Notes under the pieces: generated by a model | Seen by the model: only the letters and a program-made list of their open reading frames with translations | Told to the model about the DNA's origin: nothing | Databases searched by the model: none | Translations under genes and position numbers: made by a program | Assembly: GCA_964016885.1 (NCBI GenBank) | Contig: OZ024743.1 | Location: 234,484,001 to 234,548,000, forward strand | DNA: 64,000 bases | Source of the DNA: Eledone cirrhosa | Lineage: Eukaryota | Reading direction: 5' to 3' | Part shown: one piece after another, positions 1 to 15,147 of the stretch | Numbering within the stretch: position 1 is the first letter of the stretch | Layout of the letters: every line of letters begins with the position of its first letter

Positions 1-3000
1 TTACCTTCTTGCTAGCTATTTTCAAACCTTAATTCCTAACGTATTTTCAAACCTCAATCCCTAATTCTAGCGTATCTTCAAAACAAAAAACAAAATCCTT
101 TCCTTCTTCCTTCTTCGAAGGCACGGGGCGGTCAAACGCCTAACACTCACAGCCATCATGTGGCCCCCTCCCCTCGCTCTCTCTCACTCTCTCTCTCTCT
201 CTCTATAAATATATGATAGGAATTCACTTCGCCAAATTTCATTTCATTGCTTGCTGACCACGATATTCATGTAAACGTAATGTACAGACTTCATCTCTCT
301 CCCTCCACAAATCTTAATTCTAGCGTATTTTCAAAACAATCCATATTTCGCTAAAACAAACTACATTTTCTGTTTCTATTAATTGCTAAATACGTAGGTT
401 TTTGGACGTATTTAACAGAACAAATTTTGTATTTTTGTTAATCGCTTGTTAAATGCATGGACCCCATTCAATCATTACCTTCTTGCTAGCTATTTTCAAA
501 CCTTAATTCCTAACGTATTTTCAAACCTCAATCCCTAATTCTAGCGTATCTTCAAAACAAAAAACAAAATCCTTTCCTTCTTCCTTCTTCGAAGGCACGG
601 GGCGGTCAAACGCCTAACACTCACAGCCATCATGTGGCCCCCTCCCCTCGCTCTCTCTCACTCTCTCTCTCTCTCTATAAATATATGATAGGAATTCACT
701 TCGCCAAATTTCATTTCATTGCTTGCTTACCACGATATTCATGTAAACGTAATGTACAGACTTCATCTCTCTCCCTCCACAAATCTTAATTCTAGCGTAT
801 TTTCAAAACAATCCATATTTCGCTAAAACAAACTACATTTTCTGTTTCTATTAATTGCTAAATACGTAGGTTTTTGGACGTATTTAACAGAACAAATTTT
901 GTATTTTTGTTAATCGCTTGTTAAATGCATGGACCCCATTCAATCATTACCTTCTTGCTAGCTATTTTCAAACCTTAATTCCTAACGTATTTTCAAACCT
1001 CAATCCCTAATTCTAGCGTATCTTCAAAACAAAAAACAAAATCCTTTCCTTCTTCCTTCTTCGAAGGCACGGGGCGGTCAAACGCCTAACACTCACAGCC
1101 ATCATGTGGCCCCCTCCCCTCGCTCTCTCTCACTCTCTCTCTCTCTCTATAAATATATGATAGGAATTCACTTCGCCAAATTTCATTTCATTGCTTGCTG
1201 ACCACGATATTCATGTAAACGTAATGTACAGACTTCATCTCTCTCCCTCCACAAATCTTAATTCTAGCGTATTTTCAAAACAATCCATATTTCGCTAAAA
1301 CAAACTACATTTTCTGTTTCTATTAATTGCTAAATAGTATTTAACAGAACAAATTTTGTATTTTTGTTAATCGCTTGTTAAATGCATGGACCCCATTCAA
1401 TCATTACCTTCTTGCTAGCTATTTTCAAACCTTAATTCCTAACGTATTTTCAAACCTCAATCCCTAATTCTAGCGTATCTTCAAAACAAAAAACAAAATC
1501 CTTTCCTTCTTCCTTCTTCGAAGGCACGGGGCGGTCAAACGCCTAACACTCACAGCCATCATGTGGCCCCCTCCCCTCGCTCTCTCTCACTCTCTCTCTC
1601 TCTCTATAAATATATGATAGGAATTCACTTCGCCAAATTTCATTTCATTGCTTGCTGTCCACGATATTCATGTAAACGTAATGTACAGACTTCATCTCTC
1701 TCCCTCCACAAATCTTAATTCTAGCGTATTTTCAAAACAATCCATATTTCGCTAAAACAAACTACATTTTCTGTTTCTATTAATTGCTAAATACGTAGGT
1801 TTTTGGACGTATTTAACAGAACAAATTTTGTATTTTTGTTAATCGCTTGTTAAATGCATGGACCCCATTCAATCATTACCTTCTTGCTAGCTATTTTCAA
1901 ACCTTAATTCCTAACGTATTTTCAAACCTCAATCCCTAATTCTAGCGTATCTTCAAAACAAAAAACAAAATCCTTTCCTTCTTCCTTCTTCGAAGGCACG
2001 GGGCGGTCAAACGCCTAACACTCACAGCCATCATGTGGCCCCCTCCCCTCGCTCTCTCTCACTCTCTCTCTCTCTCTATAAATATATGATAGGAATTCAC
2101 TTCGCCAAATTTCATTTCATTGCTTGCTGTCCACGATATTCATGTAAACGTAATGTACAGACTTCATCTCTCTCCCTCCACAAATCTTAATTCTAGCGTA
2201 TTTTCAAAACAATCCATATTTCGCTAAAACAAACTACATTTTCTGTTTCTATTAATTGCTAAATACGTAGGTTTTTGGACGTATTTAACAGAACAAATTT
2301 TGTATTTTTGTTAATCGCTTGTTAAATGCATGGACCCCATTCAATCATTACCTTCTTGCTAGCTATTTTCAAACCTTAATTCCTAACGTATTTTCAAACC
2401 TCAATCCCTAATTCTAGCGTATCTTCAAAACAAAAAACAAAATCCTTTCCTTCTTCCTTCTTCGAAGGCACGGGGCGGTCAAACGCCTAACACTCACAGC
2501 CATCATGTGGCCCCCTCCCCTCGCTCTCTCTCACTCTCTCTCTCTCTCTATAAATATATGATAGGAATTCACTTCGCCAAATTTCATTTCATTGCTTGCT
2601 GTCCACGATATTCATGTAAACGTAATGTACAGACTTCATCTCTCTCCCTCCACAAATCTTAATTCTAGCGTATTTTCAAAACAATCCATATTTCGCTAAA
2701 ACAAACTACATTTTCTGTTTCTATTAATTGCTAAATACGTAGGTTTTTGGACGTATTTAACAGAACAAATTTTGTATTTTTGTTAATCGCTTGTTAAATG
2801 CATGGACCCCATTCAATCATTACCTTCTTGCTAGCTATTTTCAAACCTTAATTCCTAACGTATTTTCAAACCTCAATCCCTAATTCTAGCGTATCTTCAA
2901 AACAAAAAACAAAATCCTTTCCTTCTTCCTTCTTCCTTCTTCGAAGGCACGGGGCGGTCAAACGCCTAACACTCACAGCCATCATGTGGCCCCCTCCCCT

Positions 3001-6000
3001 CGCTCTCTCTCACTCTCTCTCTCTATAAATATATGATAGGAATTCACTTCGCCAAATTTCATTTCATTGCTTGCTGTCCACGATATTCATGTAAACGTAA
3101 TGTACAGACTTCATCTCTCTCCCTCCACAAATCTTAATTCTAGCGTATTTTCAAAACAATCCATATTTCGCTAAAACAAACTACATTTTCTGTTTCTATT
3201 AATTGCTAAATACGTAGGTTTTTGGACGTATTTAACAGAACAAATTTTGTATTTTTGTTAATCGCTTGTTAAATGCATGGACCCCATTCAATCATTACCT
3301 TCTTGCTAGCTATTTTCAAACCTTAATTCCTAACGTATTTTCAAACCTCAATCCCTAATTCTAGCGTATCTTCAAAACAAAAAACAAAATCCTTTCCTTC
3401 TTCCTTCTTCGAAGGCACGGGGCGGTCAAACGCCTAACACTCACAGCCATCATGTGGCCCCCTCCCCTCGCTCTCTCTCACTCTCTCTCTCTCTCTATAA
3501 ATATATGATAGGAATTCACTTCGCCAAATTTCATTTCATTGCTTGCTGTCCACGATATTCATGTAAACGTAATGTACAGACTTCATCTCTCTCCCTCCAC
3601 AAATCTTAATTCTAGCGTATTTTCAAAACAATCCATATTTCGCTAAAACAAACTACATTTTCTGTTTCTATTAATTGCTAAATACGTAGGTTTTTGGACG
3701 TATTTAACAGAACAAATTTTGTATTTTTGTTAATCGCTTGTTAAATGCATGGACCCCATTCAATCATTACCTTCTTGCTAGCTATTTTCAAACCTTAATT
3801 CCTAACGTATTTTCAAACCTCAATCCCTAATTCTAGCGTATCTTCAAAACAAAAAACAAAATCCTTTCCTTCTTCCTTCTTCCTTCTTCGAAGGCACGGG
3901 GCGGTCAAACGCCTAACACTCACAGCCATCATGTGGCCCCCTCCCCTCGCTCTCTCTCACTCTCTCTCTCTATAAATATATGATAGGAATTCACTTCGCC
4001 AAATTTCATTTCATTGCTTGCTGTCCACGATATTCATGTAAACGTAATGTACAGACTTCATCTCTCTCCCTCCACAAATCTTAATTCTAGCGTATTTTCA
4101 AAACAATCCATATTTCGCTAAAACAAACTACATTTTCTGTTTCTATTAATTGCTAAATACGTAGGTTTTTGGACGTATTTAACAGAACAAATTTTGTATT
4201 TTTGTTAATCGCTTGTTAAATGCATGGACCCCATTCAATCATTACCTTCTTGCTAGCTATTTTCAAACCTTAATTCCTAACGTATTTTCAAACCTCAATC
4301 CCTAATTCTAGCGTATCTTCAAAACAAAAAACAAAATCCTTTCCTTCTTCCTTCTTCGAAGGCACGGGGCGGTCAAACGCCTAACACTCACAGCCATCAT
4401 GTGGCCCCCTCCCCTCGCTCTCTCTCACTCTCTCTCTCTCTCTATAAATATATGATAGGAATTCACTTCGCCAAATTTCATTTCATTGCTTGCTGTCCAC
4501 GATATTCATGTAAACGTAATGTACAGACTTCATCTCTCTCCCTCCACAAATCTTAATTCTAGCGTATTTTCAAAACAATCCATATTTCGCTAAAACAAAC
4601 TACATTTTCTGTTTCTATTAATTGCTAAATACGTAGGTTTTTGGACGTATTTAACAGAACAAATTTTGTATTTTTGTTAATCGCTTGTTAAATGCATGGA
4701 CCCCATTCAATCATTACCTTCTTGCTAGCTATTTTCAAACCTTAATTCCTAACGTATTTTCAAACCTCAATCCCTAATTCTAGCGTATCTTCAAAACAAA
4801 AAACAAAATCCTTTCCTTCTTCCTTCTTCGAAGGCACGGGGCGGTCAAACGCCTAACACTCACAGCCATCATGTGGCCCCCTCCCCTCGCTCTCTCTCAC
4901 TCTCTCTCTCTCTCTATAAATATATGATAGGAATTCACTTCGCCAAATTTCATTTCATTGCTTGCTGTCCACGATATTCATGTAAACGTAATGTACAGAC
5001 TTCATCTCTCTCCCTCCACAAATCTTAATTCTAGCGTATTTTCAAAACAATCCATATTTCGCTAAAACAAACTACATTTTCTGTTTCTATTAATTGCTAA
5101 ATACGTAGGTTTTTGGACGTATTTAACAGAACAAATTTTGTATTTTTGTTAATCGCTTGTTAAATGCATGGACCCCATTCAATCATTACCTTCTTGCTAG
5201 CTATTTTCAAACCTTAATTCCTAACGTATTTTCAAACCTCAATCCCTAATTCTAGCGTATCTTCAAAACAAAAAACAAAATCCTTTCCTTCTTCCTTCTT
5301 CGAAGGCACGGGGCGGTCAAACGCCTAACACTCACAGCCATCATGTGGCCCCCTCCCCTCGCTCTCTCTCACTCTCTCTCTCTCTCTATAAATATATGAT
5401 AGGAATTCACTTCGCCAAATTTCATTTCATTGCTTGCTGTCCACGATATTCATGTAAACGTAATGTACAGACTTCATCTCTCTCCCTCCACAAATCTTAA
5501 TTCTAGCGTATTTTCAAAACAATCCATATTTCGCTAAAACAAACTACATTTTCTGTTTCTATTAATTGCTAAATACGTAGGTTTTTGGACGTATTTAACA
5601 GAACAAATTTTGTATTTTTGTTAATCGCTTGTTAAATGCATGGACCCCATTCAATCATTACCTTCTTGCTAGCTATTTTCAAACCTTAATTCCTAACGTA
5701 TTTTCAAACCTCAATCCCTAATTCTAGCGTATCTTCAAAACAAAAAACAAAATCCTTTCCTTCTTCCTTCTTCGAAGGCACGGGGCGGTCAAACGCCTAA
5801 CACTCACAGCCATCATGTGGCCCCCTCCCCTCGCTCTCTCTCACTCTCTCTCTCTCTCTATAAATATATGATAGGAATTCACTTCGCCAAATTTCATTTC
5901 ATTGCTTGCTGTCCACGATATTCATGTAAACGTAATGTACAGACTTCATCTCTCTCCCTCCACAAATCTTAATTCTAGCGTATTTTCAAAACAATCCATA

Positions 6001-9000
6001 TTTCGCTAAAACAAACTACATTTTCTGTTTCTATTAATTGCTAAATACGTAGGTTTTTGGACGTATTTAACAGAACAAATTTTGTATTTTTGTTAATCGC
6101 TTGTTAAATGCATGGACCCCATTCAATCATTACCTTCTTGCTAGCTATTTTCAAACCTTAATTCCTAACGTATTTTCAAACCTCAATCCCTAATTCTAGC
6201 GTATCTTCAAAACAAAAAACAAAATCCTTTCCTTCTTCCTTCTTCGAAGGCACGGGGCGGTCAAACGCCTAACACTCACAGCCATCATGTGGCCCCCTCC
6301 CCTCGCTCTCTCTCACTCTCTCTCTCTCTCTATAAATATATGATAGGAATTCACTTCGCCAAATTTCATTTCATTGCTTGCTGTCCACGATATTCATGTA
6401 AACGTAATGTACAGACTTCATCTCTCTCCCTCCACAAATCTTAATTCTAGCGTATTTTCAAAACAATCCATATTTCGCTAAAACAAACTACATTTTCTGT
6501 TTCTATTAATTGCTAAATACGTAGGTTTTTGGACGTATTTAACAGAACAAATTTTGTATTTTTGTTAATCGCTTGTTAAATGCATGGACCCCATTCAATC
6601 ATTACCTTCTTGCTAGCTATTTTCAAACCTTAATTCCTAACGTATTTTCAAACCTCAATCCCTAATTCTAGCGTATCTTCAAAACAAAAAACAAAATCCT
6701 TTCCTTCTTCCTTCTTCGAAGGCACGGGGCGGTCAAACGCCTAACACTCACAGCCATCATGTGGCCCCCTCCCCTCGCTCTCTCTCACTCTCTCTCTCTC
6801 TCTCTATAAATATATGATAGGAATTCACTTCGCCAAATTTCATTTCATTGCTTGCTGTCCACGATATTCATGTAAACGTAATGTACAGACTTCATCTCTC
6901 TCCCTCCACAAATCTTAATTCTAGCGTATTTTCAAAACAATCCATATTTCGCTAAAACAAACTACATTTTCTGTTTCTATTAATTGCTAAATACGTAGGT
7001 TTTTGGACGTATTTAACAGAACAAATTTTGTATTTTTGTTAATCGCTTGTTAAATGCATGGACCCCATTCAATCATTACCTTCTTGCTAGCTATTTTCAA
7101 ACCTTAATTCCTAACGTATTTTCAAACCTCAATCCCTAATTCTAGCGTATCTTCAAAACAAAAAACAAAATCCTTTCCTTCTTCCTTCTTCGAAGGCACG
7201 GGGCGGTCAAACGCCTAACACTCACAGCCATCATGTGGCCCCCTCCCCTCGCTCTCTCTCACTCTCTCTCTCTCTCTATAAATATATGATAGGAATTCAC
7301 TTCGCCAAATTTCATTTCATTGCTTGCTGTCCACGATATTCATGTAAACGTAATGTACAGACTTCATCTCTCTCCCTCCACAAATCTTAATTCTAGCGTA
7401 TTTTCAAAACAATCCATATTTCGCTAAAACAAACTACATTTTCTGTTTCTATTAATTGCTAAATACGTAGGTTTTTGGACGTATTTAACAGAACAAATTT
7501 TGTATTTTTGTTAATCGCTTGTTAAATGCATGGACCCCATTCAATCATTACCTTCTTGCTAGCTATTTTCAAACCTTAATTCCTAACGTATTTTCAAACC
7601 TCAATCCCTAATTCTAGCGTATCTTCAAAACAAAAAACAAAATCCTTTCCTTCTTCCTTCTTCGAAGGCACGGGGCGGTCAAACGCCTAACACTCACAGC
7701 CATCATGTGGCCCCCTCCCCTCGCTCTCTCTCACTCTCTCTCTCTCTCTATAAATATATGATAGGAATTCACTTCGCCAAATTTCATTTCATTGCTTGCT
7801 GTCCACGATATTCATGTAAACGTAATGTACAGACTTCATCTCTCTCCCTCCACAAATCTTAATTCTAGCGTATTTTCAAAACAATCCATATTTCGCTAAA
7901 ACAAACTACATTTTCTGTTTCTATTAATTGCTAAATACGTAGGTTTTTGGACGTATTTAACAGAACAAATTTTGTATTTTTGTTAATCGCTTGTTAAATG
8001 CATGGACCCCATTCAATCATTACCTTCTTGCTAGCTATTTTCAAACCTTAATTCCTAACGTATTTTCAAACCTCAATCCCTAATTCTAGCGTATCTTCAA
8101 AACAAAAAACAAAATCCTTTCCTTCTTCCTTCTTCGAAGGCACGGGGCGGTCAAACGCCTAACACTCACAGCCATCATGTGGCCCCCTCCCCTCGCTCTC
8201 TCTCACTCTCTCTCTCTCTCTATAAATATATGATAGGAATTCACTTCGCCAAATTTCATTTCATTGCTTGCTGTCCACGATATTCATGTAAACGTAATGT
8301 ACAGACTTCATCTCTCTCCCTCCACAAATCTTAATTCTAGCGTATTTTCAAAACAATCCATATTTCGCTAAAACAAACTACATTTTCTGTTTCTATTAAT
8401 TGCTAAATACGTAGGTTTTTGGACGTATTTAACAGAACAAATTTTGTATTTTTGTTAATCGCTTGTTAAATGCATGGACCCCATTCAATCATTACCTTCT
8501 TGCTAGCTATTTTCAAACCTTAATTCCTAACGTATTTTCAAACCTCAATCCCTAATTCTAGCGTATCTTCAAAACAAAAAACAAAATCCTTTCCTTCTTC
8601 CTTCTTCCTTCTTCGAAGGCACGGGGCGGTCAAACGCCTAACACTCACAGCCATCATGTGGCCCCCTCCCCTCGCTCTCTCTCACTCTCTCTCTCTATAA
8701 ATATATGATAGGAATTCACTTCGCCAAATTTCATTTCATTGCTTGCTGTCCACGATATTCATGTAAACGTAATGTACAGACTTCATCTCTCTCCCTCCAC
8801 AAATCTTAATTCTAGCGTATTTTCAAAACAATCCATATTTCGCTAAAACAAACTACATTTTCTGTTTCTATTAATTGCTAAATACGTAGGTTTTTGGACG
8901 TATTTAACAGAACAAATTTTGTATTTTTGTTAATCGCTTGTTAAATGCATGGACCCCATTCAATCATTACCTTCTTGCTAGCTATTTTCAAACCTTAATT

Positions 9001-12000
9001 CCTAACGTATTTTCAAACCTCAATCCCTAATTCTAGCGTATCTTCAAAACAAAAAACAAAATCCTTTCCTTCTTCCTTCTTCGAAGGCACGGGGCGGTCA
9101 AACGCCTAACACTCACAGCCATCATGTGGCCCCCTCCCCTCGCTCTCTCTCACTCTCTCTCTCTCTCTATAAATATATGATAGGAATTCACTTCGCCAAA
9201 TTTCATTTCATTGCTTGCTGTCCACGATATTCATGTAAACGTAATGTACAGACTTCATCTCTCTCCCTCCACAAATCTTAATTCTAGCGTATTTTCAAAA
9301 CAATCCATATTTCGCTAAAACAAACTACATTTTCTGTTTCTATTAATTGCTAAATACGTAGGTTTTTGGACGTATTTAACAGAACAAATTTTGTATTTTT
9401 GTTAATCGCTTGTTAAATGCATGGACCCCATTCAATCATTACCTTCTTGCTAGCTATTTTCAAACCTTAATTCCTAACGTATTTTCAAACCTCAATCCCT
9501 AATTCTAGCGTATCTTCAAAACAAAAAACAAAATCCTTTCCTTCTTCCTTCTTCCTTCTTCGAAGGCACGGGGCGGTCAAACGCCTAACACTCACAGCCA
9601 TCATGTGGCCCCCTCCCCTCGCTCTCTCTCACTCTCTCTCTCTATAAATATATGATAGGAATTCACTTCGCCAAATTTCATTTCATTGCTTGCTGTCCAC
9701 GATATTCATGTAAACGTAATGTACAGACTTCATCTCTCTCCCTCCACAAATCTTAATTCTAGCGTATTTTCAAAACAATCCATATTTCGCTAAAACAAAC
9801 TACATTTTCTGTTTCTATTAATTGCTAAATACGTAGGTTTTTGGACGTATTTAACAGAACAAATTTTGTATTTTTGTTAATCGCTTGTTAAATGCATGGA
9901 CCCCATTCAATCATTACCTTCTTGCTAGCTATTTTCAAACCTTAATTCCTAACGTATTTTCAAACCTCAATCCCTAATTCTAGCGTATCTTCAAAACAAA
10001 AAACAAAATCCTTTCCTTCTTCCTTCTTCGAAGGCACGGGGCGGTCAAACGCCTAACACTCACAGCCATCATGTGGCCCCCTCCCCTCGCTCTCTCTCAC
10101 TCTCTCTCTCTCTCTATAAATATATGATAGGAATTCACTTCGCCAAATTTCATTTCATTGCTTGCTGTCCACGATATTCATGTAAACGTAATGTACAGAC
10201 TTCATCTCTCTCCCTCCACAAATCTTAATTCTAGCGTATTTTCAAAACAATCCATATTTCGCTAAAACAAACTACATTTTCTGTTTCTATTAATTGCTAA
10301 ATACGTAGGTTTTTGGACGTATTTAACAGAACAAATTTTGTATTTTTGTTAATCGCTTGTTAAATGCATGGACCCCATTCAATCATTACCTTCTTGCTAG
10401 CTATTTTCAAACCTTAATTCCTAACGTATTTTCAAACCTCAATCCCTAATTCTAGCGTATCTTCAAAACAAAAAACAAAATCCTTTCCTTCTTCCTTCTT
10501 CCTTCTTCGAAGGCACGGGGCGGTCAAACGCCTAACACTCACAGCCATCATGTGGCCCCCTCCCCTCGCTCTCTCTCACTCTCTCTCTCTATAAATATAT
10601 GATAGGAATTCACTTCGCCAAATTTCATTTCATTGCTTGCTGTCCACGATATTCATGTAAACGTAATGTACAGACTTCATCTCTCTCCCTCCACAAATCT
10701 TAATTCTAGCGTATTTTCAAAACAATCCATATTTCGCTAAAACAAACTACATTTTCTGTTTCTATTAATTGCTAAATACGTAGGTTTTTGGACGTATTTA
10801 ACAGAACAAATTTTGTATTTTTGTTAATCGCTTGTTAAATGCATGGACCCCATTCAATCATTACCTTCTTGCTAGCTATTTTCAAACCTTAATTCCTAAC
10901 GTATTTTCAAACCTCAATCCCTAATTCTAGCGTATCTTCAAAACAAAAAACAAAATCCTTTCCTTCTTCCTTCTTCGAAGGCACGGGGCGGTCAAACGCC
11001 TAACACTCACAGCCATCATGTGGCCCCCTCCCCTCGCTCTCTCTCACTCTCTCTCTCTCTCTATAAATATATGATAGGAATTCACTTCGCCAAATTTCAT
11101 TTCATTGCTTGCTGTCCACGATATTCATGTAAACGTAATGTACAGACTTCATCTCTCTCCCTCCACAAATCTTAATTCTAGCGTATTTTCAAAACAATCC
11201 ATATTTCGCTAAAACAAACTACATTTTCTGTTTCTATTAATTGCTAAATACGTAGGTTTTTGGACGTATTTAACAGAACAAATTTTGTATTTTTGTTAAT
11301 CGCTTGTTAAATGCATGGACCCCATTCAATCATTACCTTCTTGCTAGCTATTTTCAAACCTTAATTCCTAACGTATTTTCAAACCTCAATCCCTAATTCT
11401 AGCGTATCTTCAAAACAAAAAACAAAATCCTTTCCTTCTTCCTTCTTCGAAGGCACGGGGCGGTCAAACGCCTAACACTCACAGCCATCATGTGGCCCCC
11501 TCCCCTCGCTCTCTCTCACTCTCTCTCTCTCTCTATAAATATATGATAGGAATTCACTTCGCCAAATTTCATTTCATTGCTTGCTGTCCACGATATTCAT
11601 GTAAACGTAATGTACAGACTTCATCTCTCTCCCTCCACAAATCTTAATTCTAGCGTATTTTCAAAACAATCCATATTTCGCTAAAACAAACTACATTTTC
11701 TGTTTCTATTAATTGCTAAATACGTAGGTTTTTGGACGTATTTAACAGAACAAATTTTGTATTTTTGTTAATCGCTTGTTAAATGCATGGACCCCATTCA
11801 ATCATTACCTTCTTGCTAGCTATTTTCAAACCTTAATTCCTAACGTATTTTCAAACCTCAATCCCTAATTCTAGCGTATCTTCAAAACAAAAAACAAAAT
11901 CCTTTCCTTCTTCCTTCTTCGAAGGCACGGGGCGGTCAAACGCCTAACACTCACAGCCATCATGTGGCCCCCTCCCCTCGCTCTCTCTCACTCTCTCTCT

Positions 12001-15000
12001 CTCTCTATAAATATATGATAGGAATTCACTTCGCCAAATTTCATTTCATTGCTTGCTGTCCACGATATTCATGTAAACGTAATGTACAGACTTCATCTCT
12101 CTCCCTCCACAAATCTTAATTCTAGCGTATTTTCAAAACAATCCATATTTCGCTAAAACAAACTACATTTTCTGTTTCTATTAATTGCTAAATACGTAGG
12201 TTTTTGGACGTATTTAACAGAACAAATTTTGTATTTTTGTTAATCGCTTGTTAAATGCATGGACCCCATTCAATCATTACCTTCTTGCTAGCTATTTTCA
12301 AACCTTAATTCCTAACGTATTTTCAAACCTCAATCCCTAATTCTAGCGTATCTTCAAAACAAAAAACAAAATCCTTTCCTTCTTCCTTCTTCGAAGGCAC
12401 GGGGCGGTCAAACGCCTAACACTCACAGCCATCATGTGGCCCCCTCCCCTCGCTCTCTCTCACTCTCTCTCTCTCTCTCTATAAATATATGATAGGAATT
12501 CACTTCGCCAAATTTCATTTCATTGCTTGCTGTCCACGATATTCATGTAAACGTAATGTACAGACTTCATCTCTCTCCCTCCACAAATCTTAATTCTAGC
12601 GTATTTTCAAAACAATCCATATTTCGCTAAAACAAACTACATTTTCTGTTTCTATTAATTGCTAAATACGTAGGTTTTTGGACGTATTTAACAGAACAAA
12701 TTTTGTATTTTTGTTAATCGCTTGTTAAATGCATGGACCCCATTCAATCATTACCTTCTTGCTAGCTATTTTCAAACCTTAATTCCTAACGTATTTTCAA
12801 ACCTCAATCCCTAATTCTAGCGTATCTTCAAAACAAAAAACAAAATCCTTTCCTTCTTCCTTCTTCGAAGGCACGGGGCGGTCAAACGCCTAACACTCAC
12901 AGCCATCATGTGGCCCCCTCCCCTCGCTCTCTCTCACTCTCTCTCTCTCTCTATAAATATATGATAGGAATTCACTTCGCCAAATTTCATTTCATTGCTT
13001 GCTGTCCACGATATTCATGTAAACGTAATGTACAGACTTCATCTCTCTCCCTCCACAAATCTTAATTCTAGCGTATTTTCAAAACAATCCATATTTCGCT
13101 AAAACAAACTACATTTTCTGTTTCTATTAATTGCTAAATACGTAGGTTTTTGGACGTATTTAACAGAACAAATTTTGTATTTTTGTTAATCGCTTGTTAA
13201 ATGCATGGACCCCATTCAATCATTACCTTCTTGCTAGCTATTTTCAAACCTTAATTCCTAACGTATTTTCAAACCTCAATCCCTAATTCTAGCGTATCTT
13301 CAAAACAAAAAACAAAATCCTTTCCTTCTTCCTTCTTCGAAGGCACGGGGCGGTCAAACGCCTAACACTCACAGCCATCATGTGGCCCCCTCCCCTCGCT
13401 CTCTCTCACTCTCTCTCTCTCTCTATAAATATATGATAGGAATTCACTTCGCCAAATTTCATTTCATTGCTTGCTGTCCACGATATTCATGTAAACGTAA
13501 TGTACAGACTTCATCTCTCTCCCTCCACAAATCTTAATTCTAGCGTATTTTCAAAACAATCCATATTTCGCTAAAACAAACTACATTTTCTGTTTCTATT
13601 AATTGCTAAATACGTAGGTTTTTGGACGTATTTAACAGAACAAATTTTGTATTTTTGTTAATCGCTTGTTAAATGCATGGACCCCATTCAATCATTACCT
13701 TCTTGCTAGCTATTTTCAAACCTTAATTCCTAACGTATTTTCAAACCTCAATCCCTAATTCTAGCGTATCTTCAAAACAAAAAACAAAATCCTTTCCTTC
13801 TTCCTTCTTCGAAGGCACGGGGCGGTCAAACGCCTAACACTCACAGCCATCATGTGGCCCCCTCCCCTCGCTCTCTCTCACTCTCTCTCTCTCTCTATAA
13901 ATATATGATAGGAATTCACTTCGCCAAATTTCATTTCATTGCTTGCTGTCCACGATATTCATGTAAACGTAATGTACAGACTTCATCTCTCTCCCTCCAC
14001 AAATCTTAATTCTAGCGTATTTTCAAAACAATCCATATTTCGCTAAAACAAACTACATTTTCTGTTTCTATTAATTGCTAAATACGTAGGTTTTTGGACG
14101 TATTTAACAGAACAAATTTTGTATTTTTGTTAATCGCTTGTTAAATGCATGGACCCCATTCAATCATTACCTTCTTGCTAGCTATTTTCAAACCTTAATT
14201 CCTAACGTATTTTCAAACCTCAATCCCTAATTCTAGCGTATCTTCAAAACAAAAAACAAAATCCTTTCCTTCTTCCTTCTTCGAAGGCACGGGGCGGTCA
14301 AACGCCTAACACTCACAGCCATCATGTGGCCCCCTCCCCTCGCTCTCTCTCACTCTCTCTCTCTCTCTATAAATATATGATAGGAATTCACTTCGCCAAA
14401 TTTCATTTCATTGCTTGCTGTCCACGATATTCATGTAAACGTAATGTACAGACTTCATCTCTCTCCCTCCACAAATCTTAATTCTAGCGTATTTTCAAAA
14501 CAATCCATATTTCGCTAAAACAAACTACATTTTCTGTTTCTATTAATTGCTAAATACGTAGGTTTTTGGACGTATTTAACAGAACAAATTTTGTATTTTT
14601 GTTAATCGCTTGTTAAATGCATGGACCCCATTCAATCATTACCTTCTTGCTAGCTATTTTCAAACCTTAATTCCTAACGTATTTTCAAACCTCAATCCCT
14701 AATTCTAGCGTATCTTCAAAACAAAAAACAAAATCCTTTCCTTCTTCCTTCTTCGAAGGCACGGGGCGGTCAAACGCCTAACACTCACAGCCATCATGTG
14801 GCCCCCTCCCCTCGCTCTCTCTCACTCTCTCTCTCTCTCTATAAATATATGATAGGAATTCACTTCGCCAAATTTCATTTCATTGCTTGCTGTCCACGAT
14901 ATTCATGTAAACGTAATGTACAGACTTCATCTCTCTCCCTCCACAAATCTTAATTCTAGCGTATTTTCAAAACAATCCATATTTCGCTAAAACAAACTAC

Positions 15001-15128
15001 ATTTTCTGTTTCTATTAATTGCTAAATACGTAGGTTTTTGGACGTATTTAACAGAACAAATTTTGTATTTTTGTTAATCGCTTGTTAAATGCATGGACCC
15101 CATTCAATCATTACCTTCTTGCTAGCTA
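1..15128. repeat. Satellite array, 472-bp monomer, 32 full units plus 18 bp; continues off the left edge
   Basis: Unit start TTACCTTCTTGCTAGC recurs at 1, 475, 947, 1404, 1876 ... 10861 ... 12751 ... 14639, 15111. Variants are 474 bp (extra CT), 475 bp (extra CTTCTTC, two fewer CT) and 457 bp (15-bp deletion); very few SNPs. Confidence 0.99.
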
Positions 15129-15147
15129 CCCAACACCCCTCCCGCCC

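Noticed and set aside
380-445. Satellite as an SL-RNA/snRNA gene array (hairpin followed by AATTTTG)
   Set aside because: Only a weak Sm-like run in T-rich DNA; no recognisable snRNA, tRNA or 5S sequence.
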